From IMG/VR virus record IMGVR_UViG_3300042869_000676, positions 1 to 64,000 of that record: 64,000 nt of DNA. One strand, given 5' to 3'. This document shows positions 9,176-16,846 of the stretch, one piece after another; the first letter of the stretch is position 1; every line of letters begins with the position of its first letter. Origin of the DNA: a virus. The notes beneath the pieces were generated by a model. The model had not been told where the DNA came from and made no database searches. It saw only the letters and a program-made list of their open reading frames with translations. The position numbers and the translations under genes are program-made.

Positions 9176-9763
9176 ATGAGTTCTGAAAAAAAAGACACAA
9201 ACTACAAATCATTCGTTAAAGAGAAAAACCTTTTAATTGACGCATGGGAAAATCCACTTAATCCTGCTGACTGGGATGATGTTATGAAGTTCTCGCAGTG
9301 CGAGAACGTTCAAGTAAATGGAGTAAAGATAGATGGCGGCAAAGAAGATTGTATCGACGCTGTTCGCGGTTTAGATTACTCGTTCACTAACATAGTTTTA
9401 AATCCACTTAACAACGGTATTACCATAAAAGGCAGCATTGATGGATGGAATTTAAAAGATATTTTATTCACTCGCAAAGGCAAAACCTACACAGTTCAAG
9501 TAGGCCAGTACGACAACTACTGGACACCTTGGACAAAACCCACAAGAAATGGCACCATTGATAATGTATCTATTGAAGACGATTCTACTGTTGTTATTGA
9601 AATTTGGGACGCTGAACTTCCAAAGCAAGTTATCAACTGTAAGAACTTGAAGGTCGTGAAGATACCAAAGATCATCTGGTTCCCATACTTCTTCTTTCGC
9701 GCTATGCAAAAAGACAAAACTTTTATCAAGAAATGTATAGACAAAATGCGTGGCAAACTTTAA
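9176..9763 (+). CDS. hypothetical late protein, possible short parallel beta-helix
   Basis: GTGTAAA motif upstream; DGGKEDCID and NNGITIKG resemble pectin-lyase-like coils. Confidence 0.5.
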   Translation: MSSEKKDTNYKSFVKEKNLLIDAWENPLNPADWDDVMKFSQCENVQVNGVKIDGGKEDCIDAVRGLDYSFTNIVLNPLNNGITIKGSIDGWNLKDILFTRKGKTYTVQVGQYDNYWTPWTKPTRNGTIDNVSIEDDSTVVIEIWDAELPKQVINCKNLKVVKIPKIIWFPYFFFRAMQKDKTFIKKCIDKMRGKL

Positions 9764-9788
9764 TATAAATTAGTAACTGTACACTACT

Positions 9789-9983
9789 ATGGAAAATCAA
9801 ACACAAAATCAACCGCAACTCACACTAGATGTTGCTTTCAATAATGTCGCGGCTCTTTATGAGCAAGCTCGTTTAACGCCAAAGGAACACAAAGTCATGG
9901 AAGCGAGCCTTCAAATGATCTTGGAGGTCGTTAAAGACAAGCTGGCGGCGTCTCAAGGTGGTTTGTCGGGCCTTGTAAAGTAA
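9789..9983 (+). CDS. hypothetical protein
   Basis: ORF track, followed by terminator. Confidence 0.6.
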   Translation: MENQTQNQPQLTLDVAFNNVAALYEQARLTPKEHKVMEASLQMILEVVKDKLAASQGGLSGLVK

Positions 9984-10011
9984 TTTACAAACGTTCAACT
10001 ACATCCCTTGT

Positions 10012-10053
10012 GCCCCCAAATATGCCAACTAGGTAATTTGGGGGTATTTTTTT
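10012..10053 (+). terminator. intrinsic terminator
   Basis: CCCCCAAAT...ATTTGGGGG stem followed by T run. Confidence 0.65.
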
Positions 10054-10119
10054 GTGTAATTAAACAATAACGAACCCTATATAACCAGAAGGTCCAAATT
10101 ATTAGCTTCTTAGATTTTT

Positions 10120-10476
10120 ATGGAAGAAATTTTACTTATGAACGTCTCAACAAATCCATCAGAAATAGCGTTTTTTGCGTTGATTTTTGTCCCTATTTTA
10201 CTGGTATTATTAGCTGAATTATTTTACATCAAAAAAGCTAAGAAAAATGATGACTTTTTCATTGAAAATCTCACAGAATATAGCGACTTTCCGATTGATA
10301 GCAAAGAAGCCGAAAAAGTGAGCCAAAAATTGAAGGAAAATAGCGTTGTTTTAGGAGTGAAAAAGCCCAAATCTTTCAAGACAAAAAGAAAGCCTCAAAA
10401 CACTAAGGTTTTAGCCCCAAAATCCATCAAAAAACCACGCAACGATTACCTAGCCGATCTGGTCGAAAAAAAATAA
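10120..10476 (+). CDS. membrane-anchored basic protein
   Basis: N-terminal TM helix, Lys-rich tail. Confidence 0.6.
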   Translation: MEEILLMNVSTNPSEIAFFALIFVPILLVLLAELFYIKKAKKNDDFFIENLTEYSDFPIDSKEAEKVSQKLKENSVVLGVKKPKSFKTKRKPQNTKVLAPKSIKKPRNDYLADLVEKK

Positions 10477-10693
10477 CCTTTTTCTCCCAAAAAACCCTTG
10501 ACAAATCATACAGCTAATATAAGGTAAGATATAGTATAGATAATAAGAGAAGAATAAGATAGATAATAGATAGATAGTAATTGATTTGTGTTTTTAAGGT
10601 TCTACCTCGACTCTCATTTTTAAATAATTAAAATTCACCTAAAATTTTTTCTTCTCACTATTATCTCTCCTATATAATATACCTATATTTTTT

Positions 10694-10933
10694 ATGTTTT
10701 TCCCATATTTAATCACATACACAGCAATAGTTATCTTCTTGTTATTCATCGTGTTACCAATCGCGCTGTGCGCGAGCGTGGTAATCGGAATTTATACAAC
10801 AATATCAAAATTTTATAGCCTATTACATGAAGCAACCACAGACCTTTTCAAGTCAGCAAAAGCTGGTCTTGAGAAACTTAAAGCGAAAAAGCTATTAAAG
10901 AAAGTAATCAAAGATAACACAATAGATATATAA
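10694..10933 (+). CDS. small membrane protein
   Basis: Hydrophobic N-terminal half. Confidence 0.55.
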   Translation: MFFPYLITYTAIVIFLLFIVLPIALCASVVIGIYTTISKFYSLLHEATTDLFKSAKAGLEKLKAKKLLKKVIKDNTIDI

Positions 10934-10998
10934 TGTGGTATAATACCCTGACCCGGATAACACTTTAGTAATTTCACAAAACGACGTAACCCTTTAAT

Positions 10999-11415
10999 AT
11001 GTATCAATATAAAGCAGAAATCATAGCAGTCATTGACGGAGACACAATTGAGGTCGATTTTGACCTTGGCTTTGGCGTTTGGCTGCGCAAACAGCGCATC
11101 AGACTAGAAGGCATTGACACTCCAGAGAGCCGCACAACAGATAAAGAAGAAAAGATTAGAGGCATTTTATCTAAAGAGAAACTAAAAGAAGTATTACTCA
11201 AGGATAAGTATATATATGTGCAAACTAAACTTGATCCTAATGAAAAGTTTGGCCGCATCTTAGCTAAGATATCAACACCTTCTGGTATAGAAGTGAATCA
11301 ATGGATGATATCTAACTACTATGCTGTTGCATATCAAGGAGAAAACAAAGAAAAGGTAAAAGAATTACATTTAGCTAATGCTAAAATACTAAAAGCAAAA
11401 GGTGAAATACAGTAG
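10999..11415 (+). CDS. thermonuclease (SNase-like)
   Basis: VIDGDTIEVDFDLGF, RIRLEGIDTPE, KFGRILA. Confidence 0.9.
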   Translation: MYQYKAEIIAVIDGDTIEVDFDLGFGVWLRKQRIRLEGIDTPESRTTDKEEKIRGILSKEKLKEVLLKDKYIYVQTKLDPNEKFGRILAKISTPSGIEVNQWMISNYYAVAYQGENKEKVKELHLANAKILKAKGEIQ

Positions 11416-11472
11416 TGTAAATATACACATCTAAACACGAATTGAAATAAGCTAAATATAAGAGGACTAAAC

Positions 11473-12015
11473 ATGAACCAAAAAAGTGTAAATATAGTGT
11501 TATTATCTTTATTGTTAAGTGGTTGCAGTTCTTTTATGAAGATGCCAGATGGTACTGTATCTAATAAAAATGCGCCGATATTCGTTAAGCCAAACACGAA
11601 CAGCCCGGCCGTAAATAAGCAGGAGGTTGAAGCGGCACCTTCTGTCCGGCGCCCGGCAGTGGTGAGCTTCAATGCCGAAAAGTACATTATGGTAAAGGAA
11701 AGTGATTTGAATAAGCTAGTAGAAGAGAAGACTAAAGAAGCTATTTTAAATTCATATAAAATAAAGCCAAACACGAATACTATTTCTGTTAATAATGAGA
11801 ACACGAATGGTAATGTTGTAAATAATGAGCCTACTGATATTGTTCCAGTTGGGAAAGTGCCAACCGTTGAGACCTTGGTGGTTAAACCACAGGAAACTTC
11901 GTCTATTGGCAGGTACTTGGCGACGGTAGTGGTGGTGCTAGGGTTCATCTTAGGAGTGGGCTGGCTGTTCTGGAAGAACAAACTCGCCGCAGCTAAAGAA
12001 AAGAAAACCGAGTAA
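11473..12015 (+). CDS. lipoprotein with C-terminal TM helix (unimolecular spanin-like)
   Basis: Lipobox LLLSGC, C-terminal hydrophobic helix plus basic tail, late motif upstream. Confidence 0.55.
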   Translation: MNQKSVNIVLLSLLLSGCSSFMKMPDGTVSNKNAPIFVKPNTNSPAVNKQEVEAAPSVRRPAVVSFNAEKYIMVKESDLNKLVEEKTKEAILNSYKIKPNTNTISVNNENTNGNVVNNEPTDIVPVGKVPTVETLVVKPQETSSIGRYLATVVVVLGFILGVGWLFWKNKLAAAKEKKTE

Positions 12016-12017
12016 AG

Positions 12018-12064
12018 TGGCGCATTCTTAGGGTTGTGGCGCATTGTTTCGGTTATGGCGCATT
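12018..12064 (+). repeat. TGGCGCATT x3 at 19-bp spacing
   Basis: Copies start at 12018, 12037, 12056. Confidence 0.85.
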
Positions 12065-12068
12065 TTTC

Positions 12069-12127
12069 GTGGAACATCTTTGCGTTGTGGAACATTTTTG
12101 TGGAACATCTTTAGCTTCGTGGAACAT
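12069..12127 (+). repeat. GTGGAACAT x4 (parS half-site quartet 1)
   Basis: Copies at 12069, 12087, 12100, 12119. Confidence 0.9.
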
Positions 12128-12159
12128 TTGATTTTTTAATCTTTTTTTAAGAAAAGGTA

Positions 12160-12188
12160 TTGACCAGAGGTTAAAAATCATTTTTAAT
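12160..12188 (+). promoter_or_regulatory. sigma70-type promoter
   Basis: TTGACC-17-TTTAAT, ATG 8 nt downstream. Confidence 0.6.
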
Positions 12189-12196
12189 TCTGGGGT

Positions 12197-12424
12197 ATGA
12201 ATGAAACACCAATTAAAAAAGGCAGAGGTCGCCCCGCTGGTGGCACCTCTTTTGTAAACGTGTCTATCGCTGACTTGAAACGGTTCGGAGAAATTCCTGT
12301 TCCTGTTTCTCGCGTGTGGCTTGAAAAAATGGGCTTGACGGTCGCAACAATCTCACCCATTGTTAGCGAAGTTAAACAAGAAATTGCTCCCGCTATTGAA
12401 TTCAAATTGACCCAACTAAACTAA
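12197..12424 (+). CDS. small AT-hook DNA-binding protein
   Basis: KKGRGRPAG motif. Confidence 0.6.
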   Translation: MNETPIKKGRGRPAGGTSFVNVSIADLKRFGEIPVPVSRVWLEKMGLTVATISPIVSEVKQEIAPAIEFKLTQLN

Positions 12425-13362
12425 TGAAAGCTCGTTTCTCCAACCTAATCGGCCAAACTGATGTCAAGAAGAAGTTCGATTTCTATCTCGACTCTCAGAA
12501 TCAATCACAACGTTTTCCTTTTGTTTTGCTCACGGGCGCAAAGGGAATGGGCAAGACCGAGTTCGCCAAAGAAGCGGCTCGATCTATCGTTGGGAAAAGT
12601 GGCGAAGCTCGCCCATTTCTTGAGATCAACTGCGGCACAATCAAAAACGCGCAAATGTTCTTTGAGCAAGTGTTCGCACCTGTGATTCAAAACAATGAAG
12701 TTACTGTTCTGCTGGATGAGTGTCATGCTCTGCCCAAAGACTTAATGACTGTGCTTCTCTCTGCTTTTAACACTGAGAAAACTGAGCGCAAACAAATCTC
12801 TTGGAAGGACGGACTCTACGAGTTCAATTTCAAGATGCAGAGTTTCATGTTGGCAACGACTGAACAAGATCGTTTGTTTGGCCCATTGAAAGATCGTTTG
12901 CTGTCGATTGATTTTCAAGCCTACTCTGTGGCGGAAACTGCTGAGATTATCAAACGCGCATTCCCTGACATTAGTTTTGAAGGTGATGTGCTTAGTCTCG
13001 TTGCCAAAACTGTTCGTGGAAATGCTCGCTCTGCTATCCAACGCGCAAAACAGATTGAGATGTATTGCCAGACGAAACACAAGAAAACGTTTGACGTTGC
13101 TGACTGGACTTCACTCTGCGACAAGATCGGCATCAACTCATCTGGTCTTTCTAATTCTGAGATTCAAGTGTTGACAACTCTTAAACAGCGCGGCGACTGC
13201 TCGCTTTCAATGTTGAGCGCAGTCACAGGTATGTCTCGCTCTGCGCTTCAACGCGACGTGGAAATCTTCCTCTTGCAGCGCGGTTACATGAAGATCGAAG
13301 GTTCCAGAAAGATTACCGCAGAAGGTGTCAAGGCTTTGTCTGCTATCGAGGAGAAAAAATAA
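12424..13362 (+). CDS. ruvB: RuvB-like Holliday junction branch-migration ATPase
   Basis: FSNLIGQ, Walker A GAKGMGKT, Walker B LLDECH, PLKDRL, RGNAR, C-terminal VEIFLLQRGY...SRKITAEG winged helix. Confidence 0.8.
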   Translation: MKARFSNLIGQTDVKKKFDFYLDSQNQSQRFPFVLLTGAKGMGKTEFAKEAARSIVGKSGEARPFLEINCGTIKNAQMFFEQVFAPVIQNNEVTVLLDECHALPKDLMTVLLSAFNTEKTERKQISWKDGLYEFNFKMQSFMLATTEQDRLFGPLKDRLLSIDFQAYSVAETAEIIKRAFPDISFEGDVLSLVAKTVRGNARSAIQRAKQIEMYCQTKHKKTFDVADWTSLCDKIGINSSGLSNSEIQVLTTLKQRGDCSLSMLSAVTGMSRSALQRDVEIFLLQRGYMKIEGSRKITAEGVKALSAIEEKK

Positions 13363-13386
13363 AAAGAAAAAAGATAGGAAAAGGTA

Positions 13387-13416
13387 TTGACGAGTGCAGA
13401 AAAATCCTCACACTCA
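13387..13416 (+). promoter_or_regulatory. putative sigma70-type promoter for ncRNA cluster
   Basis: A-rich UP element, TTGACG, CACACT at 16-nt spacing. Confidence 0.5.
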
Positions 13417-13430
13417 TTTTCGTTGAGGTC

Positions 13431-13823
13431 ATCTGACTCCCGCCCCCCACGCCTGACAATACTAGGTGGGGCGGGAAATCAGGTTGTTCTTTCTAATTTT
13501 GGTTGAGAAAAAGAGTATCGAGCGCGGCGAAGAGCCAAGCGACGCCTAATCGACCAAAATTTTGTAACGCTAAAAATCCCAAGCAAGAGTGCTTCTATGT
13601 GAAAACGGTAAAAGTCCGTCACGGGAGGTAAAGCCACGAATAGAGGCTTACTCGTTACAATCTAATTTTTGTGGTGAAGCAAAGTATGGAGCAGCCCTTC
13701 CTAGTGCTGGGTATTAGCGGTTGAAAACTACCGCCGCCACATTAAAACTTTCCTCAATCCGCCGATCCACATTGGCTGGTGAGGAACCCTGGAAGTGGGT
13801 CGCGCATACTTTAATCACGCGAA
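13431..13823 (+). ncRNA. cluster of at least five structured non-coding RNA elements
   Basis: ORF-free 500 bp with successive elements each closed by a terminal stem and separated by AATTTT linkers. Confidence 0.65.
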
Positions 13824-13875
13824 TAATTTTGCTAGCTAAACTAAACAATAACTGATTGCTTAACTAAATACTAAA

Positions 13876-14331
13876 ATGCCTAACTGGTGCCAAAACAACA
13901 TCGCCATCTCTGGTGATTTAAATAAATTTAAAACGTGGCTTAACGGTGAACCGTTCAGCCTGAATAAGATTGTGCCAATGGATCAAATCTTATTGGAAGA
14001 TGAAGGCTGGCATAATTGGCGCATCGAGAATTGGGGAACTAAATGGGACGTGGACGTAGAGGCTGAAATCACTTTCAGCGGAGACAGTGCGATACTTATC
14101 CACTTCAACAGTGCGTGGGGACCGCCTAACTTAGCTATCGCTAAGCTCTCAGAATCTTTTCCAGAGATTACAATTGAACACTCTTATCTTGAAGAAGGTA
14201 TGTGCTTTGTTGGCAAAGATGTCTATTCTAATGGCGCTCTTCGTAACGCAGTATGCTACGAAGACCCTAGCAAAGAAGAGTGGAAAGAACTTGCCACTGC
14301 TGAATTTAACTGGGAACCTTACGAGGAATAA
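13876..14331 (+). CDS. YubB/DUF1281 ferredoxin-like domain protein
   Basis: MPNWCQN, WRIENWGTKWD, FNSAWGPP, YLEEGMCFVG. Confidence 0.8.
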   Translation: MPNWCQNNIAISGDLNKFKTWLNGEPFSLNKIVPMDQILLEDEGWHNWRIENWGTKWDVDVEAEITFSGDSAILIHFNSAWGPPNLAIAKLSESFPEITIEHSYLEEGMCFVGKDVYSNGALRNAVCYEDPSKEEWKELATAEFNWEPYEE

Positions 14332-14336
14332 AACTT

Positions 14337-14522
14337 ATGGCTAAAACTAAAACCAAAACAACTTATGCTTTCTCTGTTAATTTTTATAATTTGCTTGAAG
14401 CTGCTTCTCAGGAAGAAGCCGAAAAGCAGGTATTAGAAATTCTCCGCCAAGCTGTAGAAAAGAAAGACCTCTCAGACTTTGAGATTTACTCCCATAGCAA
14501 AGATTACTTTTTAATTCACTAA
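14337..14522 (+). CDS. hypothetical protein
   Basis: ORF track, operon packing. Confidence 0.6.
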   Translation: MAKTKTKTTYAFSVNFYNLLEAASQEEAEKQVLEILRQAVEKKDLSDFEIYSHSKDYFLIH

Positions 14523-14523
14523 A

Positions 14524-14694
14524 ATGCCCCTACCAGAAGAAGCAACTTCCACAATGAATACACTGCGATTCATTTACAGTAAGTATAAAGCTGAATTCGA
14601 TAAAGCTCTCAAGTATGATGAGAAGAAAGATCGCAAGTATCAGAACGAAATGAGGAAATTGCAACGAGAAAAGCTTAAACAACAAATAGCTTAA
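14524..14694 (+). CDS. small hypothetical protein (56 aa, not in ORF track)
   Basis: MPLPEEATST...KLKQQIA*, 1 nt after previous stop. Confidence 0.5.
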   Translation: MPLPEEATSTMNTLRFIYSKYKAEFDKALKYDEKKDRKYQNEMRKLQREKLKQQIA

Positions 14695-14701
14695 TAGTTT
14701 A

Positions 14702-14776
14702 GTCCTTATCGTATAACGGATAATACAAGGCTCTTCTAAAGCCTCAATGAAAGTTCGATTCTTTCTGGGGACACCA
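14702..14776 (+). tRNA. tRNA-Arg(UCU)
   Basis: GTCCTTA/TGGGGAC acceptor, anticodon loop CTTCTAA, GTTCGATT, encoded CCA. Confidence 0.9.
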
Positions 14777-14778
14777 TC

Positions 14779-14851
14779 GGGCAGATAGCTTAGTGGTTAA
14801 AGCAAAGAACTCATAATTCTGTGATCGGGGGTTCAAGTCCCTCTCTGCCCA
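14779..14851 (+). tRNA. tRNA with CAU anticodon (Ile2 or elongator Met)
   Basis: GGGCAGA/TCTGCCC acceptor, loop CTCATAA, GGTTCAAGTCC; CCA not encoded. Confidence 0.9.
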
Positions 14852-14865
14852 TTTCTTTAGAGACA

Positions 14866-14985
14866 AAAGGTGAACCACTTATCTCTTAATACTAAAAGAC
14901 GAAAGCTGAACTAGATAATACTTAATAACGAAAGGTGAACTACTTAATACGTAATAACGAAAGGTGAATGCGTTAATAAGTAATA
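14866..14985 (+). repeat. 29-bp tandem repeat ACGAAAGSTGAA-N5-TAATAMNTAATA (3 copies plus one degenerate)
   Basis: Units at 14899, 14928, 14957; AAAGGTGAA also at 14866. Confidence 0.85.
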
Positions 14986-14994
14986 ATAAAAACA

Positions 14995-15093
14995 GGGGTA
15001 GGTAGGGGTAGGTAGGGGTAGGTAGGGGTAGGTAGGGGTAGGTAGGGGTAGGTAGGGGTAGGTAGGGGTAGGTAGGGGTAGGTAGGGGTAGGT
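14995..15093 (+). repeat. (GGGGTAGGTA) x ~10 tandem array
   Basis: Direct reading. Confidence 0.95.
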
Positions 15094-15129
15094 GAATTGA
15101 GATTGGTTCTCAGTCTCAACGGTGGAGCA

Positions 15130-15159
15130 GAAAAAACCCGCCCTTTTCGGGGCGGGTCG
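15130..15159 (-). terminator. intrinsic terminator (identical to 19124-19153)
   Basis: ACCCGCCC-TTTTCG-GGGCGGGT hairpin with A6 on + strand. Confidence 0.85.
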
Positions 15160-15177
15160 CTTTGGCGATCTCTGCGA

Positions 15178-15975
15178 TTAGTTAGCGCCGATCTCGGCAG
15201 GCAAAACAACGTTGATTCCTGCGAATGGGTCGAGGACGCTGTGAAGGATCGAGGACCGAATCGGGAGAGCGTTCAAATTCCCCTTGTAGATTTCGGTGAA
15301 GGCATTGTGAAGGCTCCAGAGGTTGCGCGGTGCAAACTCTTCGTGCAAGGGCTTGTCCCACTGGTCGAGCACATCGGCGATCATATTTTTGCCGATTGCG
15401 CCAGACCGATAAGAGCGCAAGATGAGGTTTCCAGCGGTCTCGTCGTCGAGATTCGTGTTCGTGTATTTTTTGACGCGGGTCTCGTGGTTCGTCCACATCT
15501 CGCCAAGCTTACCAAGCGCTTCGCCCATTTTCTTGGGTAGGTCGAGCATGATGTTGGTGGTGTGGCGGCGACCGATCACAATTTCGTTGTGGAAAACAAG
15601 ATTGTCGCAGACGAAAGGTGCGTTGCCAGCGCAAATGCCAGCGCGAAAATCTTTGCAGTGCGAGTTACGCAAGCCGACAACGGTGCCAGAGGTAGCGCCG
15701 TCTTTTTTCATGTCGATCTGAAACAAGCCAAAGTAATTTTGACCATATTTTGCAAGGGTGTGGTGTTCTTTGATTACGCTCAGGCCTTTTTCTGCGAGCT
15801 GGTCGCGGAAAATTTCGACCATGCGATTGTGGCTCACTGGCACGAAGCTGCGGGTAGTTTCGGGCAAGGGGACGTTGCCGATATCGGCAAATTCTACGGC
15901 GACGTTTCTGCCTCCTGCAACGTGCAGGTTCAACTCGCGCTTCTGATTAACTTGGGGGACATTTACAGTTTCCAT
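15178..15975 (-). CDS. DUF932-like protein
   Basis: PVSHN, GLRNSH, FVCDNLVF, RRHT, NLWSLHNAFTE motifs. Confidence 0.75.
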   Translation of the reverse strand: METVNVPQVNQKRELNLHVAGGRNVAVEFADIGNVPLPETTRSFVPVSHNRMVEIFRDQLAEKGLSVIKEHHTLAKYGQNYFGLFQIDMKKDGATSGTVVGLRNSHCKDFRAGICAGNAPFVCDNLVFHNEIVIGRRHTTNIMLDLPKKMGEALGKLGEMWTNHETRVKKYTNTNLDDETAGNLILRSYRSGAIGKNMIADVLDQWDKPLHEEFAPRNLWSLHNAFTEIYKGNLNALPIRSSILHSVLDPFAGINVVLPAEIGAN

Positions 15976-16211
15976 TTTTTTGTGTGTTTTATTGGTTGCG
16001 ACTAGGTGATCTAGTCGATGAGGAAAAACTGAAGTATCTGTTTAGACCGTGCAAGCCTTTTTGACGAATTAGTTGAAAAGAATCTTTGGGTATTTTTGCG
16101 GAAGGTGTTGACAAGTGCTTTGATTTTTTGTTGGGAAAATTGCGCGGCGCGCTTATATCAGAAAATGGCGCAAAGTCAACCCGGTATTTTTCTTTTTAGA
16201 AATTATTTATT

Positions 16212-16240
16212 TTGACAACGGTGTTTTATTCTGGTAAAAT
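16212..16240 (+). promoter_or_regulatory. near-consensus sigma70 promoter with no downstream ORF
   Basis: TTGACA-17-TAAAAT with TG extension and AT-rich UP element. Confidence 0.75.
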
Positions 16241-16246
16241 AAAACA

Positions 16247-16297
16247 GGGGTAGGAAAATTTTGATTAGGGGTAGGTAGGGGTAGGGGTAGGAAAATT
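16247..16297 (+). repeat. short GGGGTA/GGAAAATTT array
   Basis: Four GGGGTA units with AAAATTT linkers. Confidence 0.9.
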
Positions 16298-16313
16298 TGT
16301 TCCACGTGGAACA
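16298..16313. promoter_or_regulatory. parS: parS-type centromere site
   Basis: Perfect palindrome TGTTCCACGTGGAACA (extends to 20 bp, 16296-16315), a well-known chromosomal parS variant. Confidence 0.75.
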
Positions 16314-16339
16314 AAAAAAGCGAGGCAGTTACGCCTCGC
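16313..16339 (-). terminator. intrinsic terminator
   Basis: GCGAGGC-6-GCCTCGC with A7 on + strand. Confidence 0.75.
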
Positions 16340-16368
16340 AAATTTTGGATGAATTATTTATTTAAAGA

Positions 16369-16560
16369 TTAACTTTTTTGAATTGGAATGAATAGTTTAG
16401 TTACTCGTTGATTTCTAGGGTGGTTCATATAATTTAAAGATATAGAATGTCCTTTGATTTTATCAATCTTCGCCTCCATACGAGTAAGGAGCCTTCGATC
16501 TTTTTCGTTTTGAGCGATCATGCAGATGCTCATTGTATCTTCTTTAACGGATGTTTTCAT
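16369..16560 (-). CDS. hypothetical protein
   Basis: Last gene of - strand mini-operon. Confidence 0.6.
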   Translation of the reverse strand: MKTSVKEDTMSICMIAQNEKDRRLLTRMEAKIDKIKGHSISLNYMNHPRNQRVTKLFIPIQKS

Positions 16561-16567
16561 GTTTCGT

Positions 16568-16846
16568 TTAGTTTTTTTGTTTTATGTATTTCTCCATCTC
16601 GTCCCGAATTTCGTCGGGCATGAAGCAAGAAAAGTATTTTTCAGAACTAGATCCTTTCCAGTCCCAGATTGAGCAGTCGTGGTTTTGACCATCTAATTCC
16701 GCTGTGAAATACCAGACGGCGCAACATTTTCCATCTATGCTCGCAGTAGGTTGAAAGCCGAGAGCATTTGAAATTTCGTCGATGGTGAAGCCAAAGATAG
16801 TTCCGGTTTTGTAATTGTTTCCGATTTCTGCGGGTGTGATTCTCAT
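16568..16846 (-). CDS. hypothetical protein
   Basis: DGKC...W...CSIWDWK motif; coupled to hydrolase gene. Confidence 0.65.
   Translation of the reverse strand: MRITPAEIGNNYKTGTIFGFTIDEISNALGFQPTASIDGKCCAVWYFTAELDGQNHDCSIWDWKGSSSEKYFSCFMPDEIRDEMEKYIKQKN

Noticed and set aside
11334-12095. 253-aa - strand ORF and similar long antisense ORFs (e.g. 1449-1850, 58194-58763, 48101-48619)
   Set aside because: Shadow frames of well-supported genes with biased codon usage or repeats
14866-14985. Mini CRISPR array
   Set aside because: Variable part is only 5 nt; no spacer-length unique sequences and no cas genes
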